Shown here piece by piece: positions 1 to 13,589 of a DNA stretch of 64,000 nt. The stretch is from Isurus oxyrinchus (lineage: Eukaryota): the NCBI GenBank assembly GCA_026770705.1, contig JANJGN010000026.1, positions 29,822,001 to 29,886,000 on the forward strand. Reading direction: 5' to 3'. Numbering within the stretch: the first letter of the stretch is position 1; every line of letters begins with the position of its first letter. The notes beneath the pieces were generated by a model that saw only the letters and a program-made list of their open reading frames with translations, did not search any database and had not been told where the DNA came from. Position numbers and translations under genes: made by a program.

Positions 1-330
1 GGTAGATACTGAAAGATTTTTTCCCCTTGTGAGAGAGTCTGGGACCAGAGGGCATAACCTCAGAGTAAGGGGGTGCCCATTTAAAACGGAGATGAGGAGA
101 AATTTCTTCTCTCAGAGGGTATTCAATCTGTGGAAGGGTTGAAGAGGCTGGGACATTAAGTATATTCAAGGTTAAGATAGACAGATTTTTAATCAGTAAG
201 GGAAGCAAAGATTATGGGGAAAAGGCAGGGAAGTGGAGTTGAGGATTTTCAGATCAGCCATGTTCTCATTGAATTGTGAAGCAGACTTGTTGGGCCAAAA
301 ATCCTACTTCTGTTCTGACATCTTATGGTC
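1..330 (+). mobile_element. CR1-type LINE 3' end fragment
   Basis: Encodes the CR1 ORF2 C-terminus (ESGTRGHNLRVRG..FKTEMRRNFFSQRV) plus 3' tail; near-identical copies at ~41250-41555 and ~53590-53910. Confidence 0.8.
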
Positions 331-745
331 ATAACTGTTCGAGTCCGAATGGCTCTGAAAAAGAGTGAGTCTGTGAGTCTGATTGTAATACACCAGATCA
401 TCTCACCTAACACCAGTCCAAAGGCTCACCTGAGTCTCAGATTTGAATGATTGCCCAACGTAGAAAACATATATCATTTAACCCCTTTGAACCCGATTTA
501 ACCTTCTCCCTAACCTGCTCTAACTCTTCTGCCAGTTCATTTCTTGAAACCAGGGACTCTCCTTGTTCTAATGGTGACATTCCCTCTCTGCCCAGTTAAT
601 TCTTTAAATCAGCCCTTGAATTGTTTGTACATTGTTTCATCATGTTCCCACATTTCACTAACAAATGTTGAAATGTTTGCTCCACACCCACAGGGTTTCA
701 TCTGTTTAAAGCCACAAACAGAAAGGTCCAGTTTTCTCCTGGAGT

Positions 746-950
746 TTGAGACAAATCAGCTTTCAAAATGATGCAGAATTTCAGCCAATGATGGAGACCC
801 GGGCTCAGCCGTGCCCCTCATTCACTCTGATTGTTTGGAGGACCAGTCGATCCCAGCTTGGTCCTCCAGATCCACCCCCTTTTCCTATTGGTGCGGAGCT
901 GCCGTCAATCATTCCTGGGATTGTGATCTGGAGCATGCGCAGTGCGGGTG
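746..950 (+). promoter_or_regulatory. CpG/CCAAT-box promoter cassette, likely of a ZNF gene
   Basis: CCAAT/ATTGG boxes and GCATGCGCAG (NRF1-like) motif; a clearly homologous ~200 bp copy lies at ~15232-15430. Confidence 0.5.
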
Positions 951-1405
951 ATGTCCATGGACAGAAACTTGTTTGTCTCATCTTCAGGCGGGAAGGAGGC
1001 GGATAAGCGGAGGCAGCGTTAGGGGCAGTGGATGGGAGGGGAAGCTTCACAAACACCCAGTGGAGGTCTCAGCACCCTCACTAAGAAGTACCGGGCCCGC
1101 AATTGCACCGAACGGAACGGCAGCTGCGGGCTTTCTCCCGGTGCCAGGCCGGGATAAATGTGGGTTAATGAAGGAAATGCAGCAATGGATTTGTTAATGA
1201 GAAATCACTTTAACTCCCTTTACTGATCCTGGAGCAGGAGGAGAGAATGATGTGAATTTCTATCCTGCACTGACACTGATGGGTTTTGGAAACTCCTTTT
1301 ACAGGGGGTTAGAAGGGCAGGATTTACAGACGGGAAAATCAAACCAAACATCACATTCAGAGCAGACCCGATTCCTCAGGACCTGGATATTATCGGTCTT
1401 TGAGT

Positions 1406-1715
1406 TTAGGCATTATCACTCTGTGTAAAAATAAGTTCTTCCTCACATTCCCCTGTATCTCTTGTAAAAATCTTAAATCTGTGTCCTGTAATCATTTTAC
1501 AATCAGATAAAGGGAACAGCTTTTCTTTACCTACCTTATCTAAATCAATGATAAACTTGTACACCTCCAGCAAACCTCCCCTCAATCTCCTTTGCTCCAA
1601 GGAGAAAAACCACAGTTTCTCCAACCTAACCTCGCAACTAAAATCCCTCATCCCTGGACGTATTCTGGTAAATATCCTCTGCACCCTCTCAATGACCCTC
1701 ACATCCTTCATAATG
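1406..1715 (-). mobile_element. CR1-type LINE ORF2 fragment
   Basis: ORF 1406..1711 contains ERVQRIFTR..FSLEQRRLRGGLLEVYK, the typical CR1 C-terminal motif. Confidence 0.8.
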
Positions 1716-2729
1716 TATGGTGATCACTGGTTTGCACAGACCCAGATGTTCTGTGTTCGTGTCTGTGATGTCATCACACACCAACAATTGCTCAGTGACA
1801 TCATCCTGCTCCCCGGGTATTTCCTCAACTGAGAGATTTTTCTCTGACTCCAGTACTTCTGATATCTTTCCAGCTGCAGGCTACGGCAGGAGATTTTCAA
1901 ATTGAAAACACTGAAATTGTTTCAGAGATGAGTATTTTTAACCAGTTGTCTACATATTTGGGCTTAAGTTGTATGCTGTGAGAGATTCCATGGCTCTGAG
2001 GCTGTTCAATTCCTTTACTGTGGATCTAAATCCATTGCTCTGCCCTCCCTGATCACCCCTCTCCTATTGTTTAAGTTCCTCTGTCTTTAATAATGGGTGC
2101 ATTTGAGCTATGTTTAGTATTTTACTGTTACTTCTGCCGACTGTATCTAAATGAGGTTTCCACTGCTGCCCAACCCCTAACCAGGTGCTGCTGGCTTCCC
2201 AGCTTTATCTTCCCACAGTTATCTTTAATAGTCAGGAAATGTTTTTCCTGCACTATCGCTCATTTCTCTTCCACTTCTATGCTGATATTGACCATTAAAG
2301 TCGGCACCATTTTTATTCCCCATAATTCATCCTGCACGCCCTGAAATGTTAACTCTCTTTTTCTCCCTGCAGATACTAGACCTGCTGACTATTTCCAGCA
2401 TTCCCTCTTTTTATTTCGGATTTCCAACACCTGCAGTATTTTGCTATTATCTTATTGCAAGCGTCGCACATAGAAGTTGGACCAGTTAAGAGCCAGTTTG
2501 TTTCAGGGTAGCCATTGGTTGTAGAAGTTAGTTCCTGGCCTCAAGTAGATCCTTTTTCATCAAGTCATCAAACCCACTCCCCTGCCCTTCACTAACATGA
2601 CCAGCAGCACATATTACCCAGCCCCAGTTACCTGTGGAGAAGATGATGTTTGACCTTCTTGAACCATTTCAGTCCATGTAGTTTGGATTTGTAAAGTGGT
2701 TTTCATGTATTTGACCTTTTCAAGGTGTT

Positions 2730-3260
2730 TCACAGGTGTGTTATAAACCAGGAGCTTTTGTAGTTCAGTGAGCACAGGGGTGATGAGTGAACAAGACTTG
2801 GAGTAGTAAGTACATGGACAGCAGAGTTTTGAACGATCTCAAGATCACAGGGAGGTTGACTGTGTGAGGTTGGCCAGGAATGCGTTAGGAGAGTTAAGTC
2901 TAGAGAAAACAAAGCACTGGTTGAGGGTTTCAGCAGCAGATGAGCTGAGACTAGGGTGGAGTTGGACTATGTTACTGAGGTGGAAAAATACGACAATGGT
3001 GATGGTGTGGATATATGTTTGAAAGCTCATTTTGATGTGAAATATTTTGCCAAGGGTGTGAACAGTCTGGTTCAGCCTCAGATTGTTGCCAGGGAGATGG
3101 ATGGAGCTGGTGACCAGGCGGTGGAGTTTGTAGAGGGGTCTGATAAGACAACGGCTTCAGTCTTCCCAATACTTAATTGGAAGAAATTTCTGATCATCCA
3201 GGACTGGATGTCAGACAAGTCAGGATGGTGTGTGACTTGGCGAGGAACTTGGAGATGATG
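2730..3260 (-). mobile_element. L2-type LINE fragment
   Basis: Degenerate L2 motifs on the minus strand (FFHLSNIVQLHPSLSSSAAETL..FVFSRL). Confidence 0.65.
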
Positions 3261-3758
3261 GTTTTCATATTCACCTGCTACCTTGGTCCTTCTAGGTGAT
3301 GGAGGTTGAGAGGTTTGGCTGTTCTGTCAAAGTTCTTGTTGTGTTGCAGAAGTATAAAATCTCTCCCCTTCACCCCTTGCTTCTCCCACCAACCTTCCTC
3401 TCTTTTTCTCTCCCTTGTTCTATCCTCCCATAAAGGCTAGGGTCTTGTGTAGGCCCAGACTGGGTGGTCGGTTCCCTTCCCTGAAGGACATTAGTGAACA
3501 ATTTGGGCTTTTATGACCACCTGGCAGTTTTCATGGTCACTTTTTCCTATAGCCGGCCCCATAAATTACCAGATTCATTCAGTTCAATTTCACAACCTGT
3601 TTTTGTGGGTTCTCTCTCACTCCCTTTTATCTGTTTTAAATCAATTTCACAGGGTGTTAGAAGGGGAGGATTTGCAGTTGGGAAACCAAACATCACATCA
3701 GGATCTGACAGAGTCACTGAAGTTATCGGAACCTGAATATCATCATCGTATTTTGAAC

Positions 3759-4607
3759 ATGGCAGGAAAAACCACCATTCACAGTGGAGAGAAACTGTAC
3801 ATGTGTTGTATGTGTGGACAAGGCTTCAGCCGATCATCTGACCTGTCAAAACATAAATGCAGTCACAACAGGGAGAAGCTGTGGAAATGTGGGGACTGTA
3901 GGAAGGGATTCAATCACCCATCTGTGCTGGAAACTCATCGGCGCATTCACACTGGGGAGAGACCGTTCATCTGCTCTGTATGTGCGAAGGGATTCGCTCA
4001 GTCATCCAACCTGCTGACGCACCAGCGAGTTCACACTGGGGAGAGGCTGTTCACTTGCTCCGAGTGTGGTAAAGGATTCACTCACTCATCCAACCTGCTG
4101 AAAGACCAGCGAGTTCATATTGACGAGAGATTGTTTAAATGCCAAGACTGTGGGAAGTGCTATAAAAGTTCCTGGGAACTGATATCCCATCAACGTGTTC
4201 ACACTGACGAGAGACCGCTCAGGTGCTCTCACTGCGGGATTGGGTTCAGGAACTCATCTGTACTCTTGGAACACCAGCGCATTCACATTGGAGAGAGACC
4301 TTTCACCTGCTCGGATTGTGGGAAGAGATTTATTCAGTCATCCCACCTGTTGACACACCAGCGAGTTCACATTGGGGAGAAGCCATTCACCAGCTCCGAA
4401 TTTGAGAAGAGATTTGCTCTTTCATCCAAACTGCTGAGACACCAGCGGGTTCACACTGGGGAGAGGCCGTTCACCTGCTCCGAGTGTGGAAAGGGGTTCA
4501 CTCAGTCATCCCACCTACTGAGACATCAGCGAGTTCACACTGGGGAGAGGCCATTTACCTGCTGTGTGTGTGTGGGAAGAGATTCATTCAGTCATCCCAC
4601 CTGCTGA
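3759..4607 (+). CDS. Tandem C2H2 zinc-finger protein (about 9 fingers, two degenerate; last finger frameshifted in a GT run)
   Basis: ORF 3513..4607 with repeated CxxC-x12-HxxxH and TGERPF linkers; splice acceptor at 3652, ATG at 3759; fingers KDQRVH and SSEFEK lack zinc ligands. Confidence 0.85.
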   Translation: MAGKTTIHSGEKLYMCCMCGQGFSRSSDLSKHKCSHNREKLWKCGDCRKGFNHPSVLETHRRIHTGERPFICSVCAKGFAQSSNLLTHQRVHTGERLFTCSECGKGFTHSSNLLKDQRVHIDERLFKCQDCGKCYKSSWELISHQRVHTDERPLRCSHCGIGFRNSSVLLEHQRIHIGERPFTCSDCGKRFIQSSHLLTHQRVHIGEKPFTSSEFEKRFALSSKLLRHQRVHTGERPFTCSECGKGFTQSSHLLRHQRVHTGERPFTCCVCVGRDSFSHPTC

Positions 4608-4779
4608 CACACCAGTGAGTTCATGAGTAACTATAGTGAATTGGATTTTGCTGTTAATCACATCTAGGACTGAACCAGGGTCATTGGGGTCTGTTTCTGC
4701 TGATGTTAATGAACTCCAGTCCAGTTCTAGGAGTTAATATTCTGGATAAAAGTCAAATAAATCAGTTTTGTTAAACACG

Positions 4780-5940
4780 CAGTGTGTTGAGTCTTTTTAA
4801 TATCTCCAACACAAGTTAGCTCCTTTTGAAGGGCTCTCCCTCTCCCCTCCATCCTCATCTCCAACAACAAGTGTAAGGAGCTCACGGAGCTTCTTTGTCA
4901 CTAAGATTGAGACAATCTGATCAGCTCCTCTGCTGCTTCCCTCCCTTCCACGAACACACTGGGCCAAACTGTCTCTCAAGCTCCCCATCGGCCGAACCCT
5001 GAATCCACACCTTTCTCTAGTTTCTCTCCCAGCTCCCCTCCTGCCCTCTCAGGACTCATCTTATCCCTGAGACCCAGCTCCTGCTCCATCCATCTTATGC
5101 TCACTAAAGTGCTGATTGCCCAACTTCCCATGTTCGCTGACATTGTTAAGTTTTCTCTCTCTTCAGATACTGTTCCTCTCTCCTTCAAATCTGCCATCAT
5201 CACTCCCTCCTCAAAACACAAACCCTTGACTCCATCATCCTTGCAAACTACTGCCTCATCTCAACCCTCCCTTTCCTCTCCACACTCCAAGAATAGTTTG
5301 TCATTTCCCGAATCTGTGTCCGTGATTCTCTGAACTCCATGTCTGAATCCCTCCAATCAGGTTTTTGCCCCTGCCTCAGTACTGAACCAGCTCTTATCAA
5401 AGTCACAAATGACATCGTGTGTGACTGTGACAAAGATAAACTCTCCCTTCTCGACCTGTCTGCAGCCTTTGACAGTTTAACCACATCATGCTGCTCCGTC
5501 ACCTCTACACTGTCGTCTAGCTGGGTAGGGCTGTTCTCCCCTGGTCCCATTCTTTATCTAATCAGAGTCAGAGAATCACTTGCAATGTCTTCTCTTCCCA
5601 CTCCCACATTTACCTCTTATATCCCCAAAAAATCCACCTTTGCTTCCTTTTATTTCTCATCAACCTGCTCCACATAATGACATCAGTTTTCACATGTACA
5701 CTGCCAGCTCCCAGCTCTATCTCACCACCACCTCTCTCAACCTCTCCACTTTTGTTACATTATCAGACTGTTTGTCTGATATCCAGTGGTGGATGTACAG
5801 AATTTTCCTCCAATTAAACATTGGGTAGACTGAAGTCATTGTTTTCAGTCCCTAGCTACTAACTCCATTCCTCTCCCTGCTAACTGGGACTAAACTGGAC
5901 TTTTTGGACATTTGATGTTATATTTGATCTCGAGATGAAC
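4780..5940 (+). mobile_element. L2-type LINE RT fragment, decayed
   Basis: ORF 5339..5677 LQSGFCPCLSTEPALIKVTNDI..LLDLSAAFD, which matches L2 RT domain motifs. Confidence 0.8.
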
Positions 5941-8630
5941 TTCTGATTCAGGTGTGTGTATCTTGATGATTTTCCAGTCACGTTGATGATTTAAATCTTT
6001 TCCCAAAGACAAAACAAACATTTCTCCTGCAATAATCAGAGGCTGCTCTTACATGAATTCAGTGATTCCATAAGATCTTATTGAGATATTAGGTTTGAGT
6101 TTCTCGTCTGCAAATCCTCCCCTCTAATATCCTGTAAACTGAATTTACAAAAATCATCACTGTCAGTCCAGGATAAAAGTTCAGAATAGACAATTTTAGT
6201 ATTGATGGAACATTTTCCCTCTCATTCCACTACATCTATAAATCTCTGACCCACACACTCCTCTCCCTCTCTGCTCATTGTTCCAGATTCAGTGTCCAGT
6301 CTCCTACTTGTTCTTTTCTCCTCTCCAGATTCTCTCTCCTCCTGTCCTTAAACTGGTGACTCAGGGATCAATCTCACTCCTTCACTTTAATTTTACCAAA
6401 TAATGCAGCTCACAACAATAAACCATCTTTGATGAATGTATTTTCGAATGTTTGGACAGAATCACCTTTTCCCATTTTTGGAGATCAGGAAGTCCAGTGG
6501 TTAGTTCGGAGCTTCCTTCTCCCCAGGCCTGTTCTAACAAGCTGTGTCTGTCTGAATTACATTTATATAGCCTCACTCACTCAGCAAGTGATTGGGTCTG
6601 ACTGAGCTACAACAACAACTGCAACATCTTATGATTATATCGAGCTTTATCCCATGGAGTTTCACATGAGCAGAAGGACATATTAGGCAAGATGACCAAA
6701 AGCTTGGTCAAAGAGGTTGGTTATGAGTGTCTTAAAGGAGGAAAATGAAGTAGAAAGGTGGAGAGGTTTAGGGAGGAAATTCCAGAGCTTAGGGTCCAGG
6801 CAGCTGAAGACATAGACACCAATGGTGGAGTGATTAAATCGGGGACGAAGGACATGGTGCTCCATGTATGTGGGCCCAATAGCCCAGGCTCAAGGCCCAG
6901 ATCTGAACTTTGGGACATAGTTTGACCATCCCTGGTCTCAGAGAAAAACAATTCCCCATATGGACATCTTATGAGATCTTTTTGTTTATTGATTACAGAA
7001 AAAGTTAGGATCAGTTGAGTCCTCCTGTGTACTTGATGGGGATTGACTTTAACAGATTTAAAATCCTCTGAATTTCAGTGTTACAACAAGAATGTTTTAA
7101 TAAAAAGAAAACAAATATATAAATCCTGGAAAACTAAAAGGACAAAAATGGGGAAAGACACAGCAGGTCGATAATTTCAAAGTGATCAATGAATGATCGC
7201 TGTTTCAGGATAAACACTTCCCACCAGCAACACCAACCCCCTCTTCCCCCTTCCTGTTCATTGAACATTCCTTCACCCACTCATCCACCCATTGCACATC
7301 CACCCAATGGCTCCCAGCCCAGATTGACATTCAGCATGAACCCAGTGAGAGGGTGAGCAGGCCCTTGGGATGTCAGAATGGACAAGAACTGGAAATGGTT
7401 CCAGTCAATACATTTTCTGTGTCATTATTGAAAAAGGAAACCTAATATTTTGCAAAACGCCCCTGTGCATGCCCTTGGTAAATTATAATTTCTAGCCCAG
7501 ACCCTTCCTATTGTTTCTACATGGTGCATCCTGTGTGGTTTCAGCAGAGGGAGAGACAGGCTGCTCACATCCCTGCTCTCAATGCCGAGAGGCTTGTGGT
7601 CTCCACCCTCTGGGTTTCAGAGCCCCTCAGGGTCCTGGCAAAGAATGATCCACTTGTATTTGTGCAGGGGCAGATTCAACTGGTGGGAGAGGGGGCAGTG
7701 TGTAGGCTACTGCCTGGGGGTGGATGAGGGAGTGCATGAGGATTGAGAATGCTTTTGATCGGAGTTCCCAGTTCCAGGTTTCCTTTCTCCATCGTCCCTC
7801 CCCTGAACCAGAAGCACATCATTCCTTCCACTCTGCCGCAGACCAGCTTGGTGGAGATCAGTGACATGTTGTAAGGTCAGATACAATCTCTGTCATCCTG
7901 TTTAAGGCAGCTGACAACTCCTGCATGACCGTGGTCATGACCTGCATGGACCCATTTCAGAGCTGTGCTTGAATCTCCATGGAGGCAGCCACTCTCTCCA
8001 TGACAGACAGTCTCTGGAATCTCCTCCAGCCCTACGACCCTCTGAGCTCCTTATGCTCCTCCAATTGTGACCCTGCCTCACTCCCCCACCTACATCACTC
8101 CACCATTGGGGGCCGTGCTTTCAGCTCCCGAGGTCCCAAGCTCTGGAATTCTCTCTCTAAACCTCTCTCTCTCTCCACTTCTTTAAAATACTTCTTAGAA
8201 TCTATCTCTTTGACCAAGGTTTTGATCATCTGTGAAGCACCTTGACATGTTTTACTATGTTAAAGGTTCTATATAAATGCAATTTATTGTTGTTATTGCA
8301 TTGCGTTGGTAGATTCAGGAATGTCACACAAACATTTTCAATCCTCGTACCATACTCACTGGAAACTTAAACCTGCTGTTTCACTTTCACTCAGGAACAG
8401 ATCACGATTTTCCACCAATCTCCGATTTTACAGCACGTTTCCAGCATTCACTGTTGTTCTTCCTGATTCTAAGTACAGTTGTAAAGAAGCCTTTTGTTCC
8501 ATGTCTAGGATGTCTGAACCATGGGACAGAGCGGCTGGGACACATTTCTCACACACCTCAGGATTAAACCACACGTTCAGCCCCAGATGCGATTAACAGC
8601 AGCAAAAACAGCAGAATCCAACCCCTGCAG

Positions 8631-9305
8631 TTACTCGTGAACTCGCTGGTGTCTCCGCAGGTGGTGTGACTGAGTAAATCCCTTCCCACACTCAGAGCAG
8701 GTGAATGGCCTCTCCCCACTGTGAGTGCGCTGGTGTCTGTGCAAATGAGATGACCAAATGAATCTCTTTCCACACTCGGGGCAGGTGAACGGCCTCTCCC
8801 CAGTGTGAAATCGCTGGTGGGTCCGCAGGGTGCTTGACACATGGAATCCCTTCCCACACTCGGCGCAGGTGTATGGCTTCTCCCCAGTGTGAGTGCGCTG
8901 ATGTATCAGCAGTGTGAATGACTGAGCAAATCCCTTCCCACACTCAGAGCAGATGAATGGCCTCTCCCCAGTGTGAGTGTACTGGTGTGTCATTAGGTGG
9001 GATGACTGAGTGAATCCCTTCCCACACTCAGAGCAAATGAACGGTCTCTCCCCAGTGTGAACTTGCTGGTGCGCAGTGAGTTGAGATGATCGCCTGAACC
9101 CAGTTCCGCAGTGAGAGCATTTAAATGGTCTCTCCCCAGTGTGAATTCGCTGGTGGGTATGTAAGCTGGATAACTGAGTGAATCCCTTCCCACATACGGA
9201 GCAGATGAATGGTCTCTCCCTGGTGTGACTACGTCGATGAATTTCCAGCACAGACGGGGATCTGAAGCCCTTTCCACAGTCCCCACATTTCCACGGTTTC
9301 TCCAT
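8631..9305 (-). CDS. Tandem C2H2 zinc-finger protein, 8 intact fingers
   Basis: 224-aa ORF with eight CxxCGKGF..HQRxH fingers and TGERPF linkers; further upstream finger sequence (to ~9460) is in another frame, implying a 5' frameshift. Confidence 0.85.
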   Translation of the reverse strand: MEKPWKCGDCGKGFRSPSVLEIHRRSHTRERPFICSVCGKGFTQLSSLHTHQRIHTGERPFKCSHCGTGFRRSSQLTAHQQVHTGERPFICSECGKGFTQSSHLMTHQYTHTGERPFICSECGKGFAQSFTLLIHQRTHTGEKPYTCAECGKGFHVSSTLRTHQRFHTGERPFTCPECGKRFIWSSHLHRHQRTHSGERPFTCSECGKGFTQSHHLRRHQRVHE

Positions 9306-10229
9306 GGTGTGGCTATCCGCGTGTCTCTCCAGGTTGGATGATCACTAAAGCTTTGTTCACACACAGAACACGTGTACGGTTTCTCCCCGCTGTGAATGAT
9401 GTGATGTTTTTTCAGGCTGTGTAACTGATTAAAGCTCTTTCCACATTCAGTTCCCTGGGGCACTCACACCAGCGCTTTTCCAGTCACACTGATGTATGAA
9501 ATCATCCTGCGGACAGAGTAGACAAACTTTTCTCTTTCCACATTCGAAGTCCGATGGAATTCAGGGCCTGATGAATCGAGTGACTCTGTTAAATCTTGAA
9601 GGGTTGGGGTTTCCTGTCTGTAAACACTCCAGTTCTAATGCTTGAAAATGGAGTCACTGTAAGAAGAAGACAGAAATTCAGAACAGACAATTCTAGTTCC
9701 TATGGAACAATTTTCGTTAAAGCTGTAAATTCCCTTCTCACACAATCTTCCCCCATCTCTGGCTGAAATCCAAACCCATCTCACCATTTCTTTCTTCCAC
9801 TCACAGTTTTCTCCCTCTCTCTACTCTGACTGGGTTCAGTACTCCAACCCCTGTGTGCCGAGTAAAATGAATCAGTCAATCATTTCTCTCCTGGTTACTG
9901 GAACCCTGAAGCTCTGCCCACTCTCTGTTTCCTCATCAAGATGGTCATGCATGCACCTTGCCGGCTGAAAATGCCTCTCCCAAGATGCTGGCCGGTTGCC
10001 TGGGTGATCTGGGTCTCTCACCAATGAAGCCCCGCCCCTCTGATTCATCCTGACTCCCTTTCTTAAGCAGTCCCTCAGGATTGAGTATGATTTGCTTTCA
10101 TTCTCGTTCAATGGGTTTAGAGATATGTCCAAGGCGCATTCAGCAGACTCTGTCACATATGGACAGGTGGTGATTGAAGGGTTGGATAGAGAAGGTGTTT
10201 GTGGGTTATGTGCTCTCTGATGCCTTAAC

Positions 10230-11950
10230 CTTGCCCCTGCATACACTTGATGAAGTCTTTCAATGTAATCGGTGCCTTCACAAATAAACCTTCTATTTGT
10301 CACAATCCTATGAGACTGCGGGGTTGTTTGGTCTCTCTGGGGATGTTTTGAGGACAATCCTAAGTGTTTCCTTTATTCTCCTGGGAGTCTCCTGATGTCA
10401 CTCAGTTCTAAGAAGAGCAGCTCATTCAGGAGTCTGATGTCAGGCACACGAATGACATCTCCTGCACAGTGGAGCTGATTTTGAATGGTTATCACCTCAA
10501 TGCTGAGCACATTGGCTTGGGAGAGGACACTGCTGGCTGACTACCTTTTTTCCTACCAGATTTGAGGGATCTTGTGATTCTCCAAGTCTGCTGGTGGGAC
10601 TTCTCCAATGCTCTGAGGTGCCTGTTCTAGGTTGTCCAAGTCTCTGAAGCCTTTTGGAGTGTGGGGATCACTGCTGCCCAGTAAACCATGATCTCTGTAT
10701 CGAATTTGAGATCTTCATCCTCAAATACTCATCTCCTCATTCAGCCAATGGCTGAGCTGGAATATTAGAGGTGACAATGTATTTAATCATCTAGGTCTGC
10801 CTTCGTTAAAAAGAAGCTGCCAAGATATGGAAAACAATCCACATTTTCCTGGATCTCATGGTTGACGGGGGAAGGTTTTAAAGCCCACAAAACAGAAAAC
10901 AAATGGTGGGTAGAAAGTACACAGGAGAGCTAACAACTCACAGACACCAATAACATGCGTGGTTTCATCAGTGCTGTCAAGATCATCGACGATCCAAACA
11001 CTCAAGGGCCAACCCCACCAAGCGCAAAGCATGGAGGGAACCTCTTCAAGGAGAGGGAGGTGGTCAGTACTCACTGGAGAGAACATTATGAAGAACTCCT
11101 CAACCAAGACTCTGTCTTTGACTTCAATGTCTTCAACTACATTCCTTAATATCCCATCCAGCTCAGCCTCAGTGCTACCATGGTCCAGAGTGAAAGTGAA
11201 AAAGCCATTTGGCAGCTGAAAAACAACGAGATCTGGATCAGATGGAATCCCGGCTAAAATTCTGAAACATGGTAGAGTTACGCTCCTGGCACAGCTGGAC
11301 AATCTGATATTCCTCCCTGGGAAGAGGGATGCACGCCGGGCCATCTCTGTGACTGTATTCAAGGAGAGGGACAAGTCTGATTGCGGTATTTACAGGGGAG
11401 TCTCCCTGCTGCCTGCCACAAGGAAAATCATTACAAGGATCCTCCTCAATCACCTCCTCTTATTGGCTAAAAATCTCCTTCCGGATTCACAGTGTAGTTT
11501 TCCCCTATTGAGAGGCACCGCAGGCATAATCTTTACTGGTCGGCAAACCCAAGAAAAATCCAAGGAACAGCACCAACCGCTGTATTTGGCCTTTTTCAAC
11601 CTCACAAAAGCCTTTTACCCTGTTAAACATGAAGTTTTATGCAGTATTCTCCTCAAATTCAGCTACCCTCAGAACTTTGTCACCATCCTCCACCTACTCC
11701 ACAATGACATGAAAGCCGTGATCCTCATCAACGAAGCCACCACAGACACTATCTCAGTGAAGCCTGTGATCAGACAAGGCTGTGTCATAGCACCAATCCT
11801 CTTCTCCATTTTCTTCCCTGTATCTCACCTTCAGCAAATTACGCTCAAGCATGGTGATAATCTAAAGAACAGACAGGAAATCTACACCACCTTCAAAACA
11901 AAAACAGAATCAGTCCAACCTCAGACATTGAGCTCCAGGATGCAGATGCT
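10230..11950. mobile_element. RTE-clade LINE with inverted 5' part
   Basis: Plus strand 10857-11950 encodes RT N-terminal motifs (DKSDCGIYRGVSLL..RQGCVIAPILF, ending near the decayed ELQYADD motif); minus strand 10855-10230 encodes the post-RT region (ENVDCFPYLGS..SETWTT). Confidence 0.75.
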
Positions 11951-12034
11951 TTATCTGTATGTTAAATCTAAACTTCATTGATTCCTTAACCGTTAATATC
12001 CTTGCCTCATAAACATCCAGCAATCTCAGTTTTT

Positions 12035-13543
12035 GAAAACAAAGAAAACTGCGGATGCTGGAAATCCAAAACAAAAACAGAATTACCTGGAAAAACTCAG
12101 CAGGTCTGGTAGCATCAGCGGAGAAGAAAAGAGTTGACGTTTCGAGTCCTCATGACCCTTCGACAGAACTTGATTTCGAGTCCAAGAAAGAGTTGAAATA
12201 TAAGCTGGTTTAAGGTGCGTGTGTGGGGGGGCGGAGAGAGAGAGAGAGACAGAGGTGCTTGTGTAGACAAACAAGCAGTGATAGAAGCAGATCATCAAAA
12301 GATGTCAGTGACAATGGTGCAAAAGAACACATAGGTGTTAAAGTTAAAGTTGGTGATATTATCTAAACGAATGTGCTAATTAAGAATAGATGGTAGGGCA
12401 CTCAAGGTACAGCTCTAGTGGGGGTGGGGGGAGCATAAAAGATTTTAAAATATTTAAAAATAATGGAAATAGGTGGGAAAAGAAAAATCTATAAAATTTA
12501 TAGGGAAAAAAAAGGGGAAAAAAGGGGGAAACAGAAAGGGGGTGGGGATGGGGGAGGGAGCTCACGACCTAAAGTTATTGAATTCAATATTCAGACCGGA
12601 AGGCTGTAAGGTGCCTAGTTGGAAGATGAGGTGTTGTTCCTCCAGTTTGCGTTGGGCTTCACTGGAACAATGCAGTAAGCCAAGGACAGACATGTGGGCA
12701 AGAGAGCAGGGTGGAGTGTTAAAATGGCAAGCGACAGGGAGGTTTGGGTCAGTCTTGCGGACAGACCGCAGGTGTTCTGCAAAGCGGTCGCCCAGTTTAC
12801 GTTTGGTCTCTCCAATGTAGAGGAGACCACATTGGGAGCAACGAATGCAGTAGACTAAGTTGGGGGAAATGCAAGTGAAATGCTGCTTCACTTGAAAGGA
12901 ATGTTTGGGCCCTTGGACGGTGAGGAGAGAGGAAGTGAAGGGGCAGGTGTTACATCTTTTGCATGGGCATGGGGTGGTGCCATAGGAGGGGGTTGAGGAG
13001 TAGGGGGTGATGGAGGAGTGGACCAGGGTGTCCCGGAGGGAGCGATCCCTACGGAATGCCGATAAGGGGGGTGAAGGGAAGATGTGTTTGGTGGTGGCAT
13101 CATGCTGGAGTTGGCGGAAATGGCGGAGGATGATCCTTTGAATGCGGAGGCTGGTGGGGTGATAAGTGAGGACAAGGGGGACCCTATCATGTTTCTGGGA
13201 GGGAGGAGAAGGCGTGAGGGCGGATGCGCGGGAGATGGGCCGGACACGGTTGAGGGCCCTGTCAACGACCGTGGGTGGAAAACCTCGGTTAAGGAAGAAG
13301 GAGGACATGTCAGGGGAACCGTTTTTGAAGGTAGCATCATTGGAACAGATGCGACGAAGGCGAAGGAACTGGGAGAATGGGATGGAGTCCTTACAGGAAG
13401 CGGGGTGTGAGGAGCTGTAGTCGAGGTAGCTGTGGGAGTCGGTGGGTTTGTAGTGGATATTGGTGGACAGTCTATCACCAGAGATTGAGACAGAGAGGTC
13501 AAGGAAGGGAAGGGAAGTGTCAGAGATGGACCACGTGAAAATG
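12035..13543 (-). mobile_element. Penelope-like element, 5'-truncated (RT thumb + GIY-YIG endonuclease)
   Basis: ORF 12562..13308 has NLVYCIRCSQCGLLYIGETKRKLGDRFAEH (GIY-YIG); 12-bp TSD ATCTCAGTTTTT at 12023-12034 and 13544-13555. Confidence 0.9.
12131..12170 (-). ncRNA. Minimal hammerhead-ribozyme-like motif in Penelope terminal repeat
   Basis: Minus strand AGTT-CTGTCGA-AGGGTC-ATGAG-GACTC-GAAAC-GTC-AACT: helix I, variant CUGANGA core, helix II, GAAAC-GUC. Confidence 0.55.
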
Positions 13544-13589
13544 ATCTCAGTTTTTCATTACCTAGCACAAAGGAAGATGACTGAGATTG

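Noticed and set aside
1765-1803. TGATGTCA and AGTGACATCA, resembling the TCR V-beta promoter decamer/CRE
   Set aside because: No leader or V exon follows; short CRE-like motifs are common
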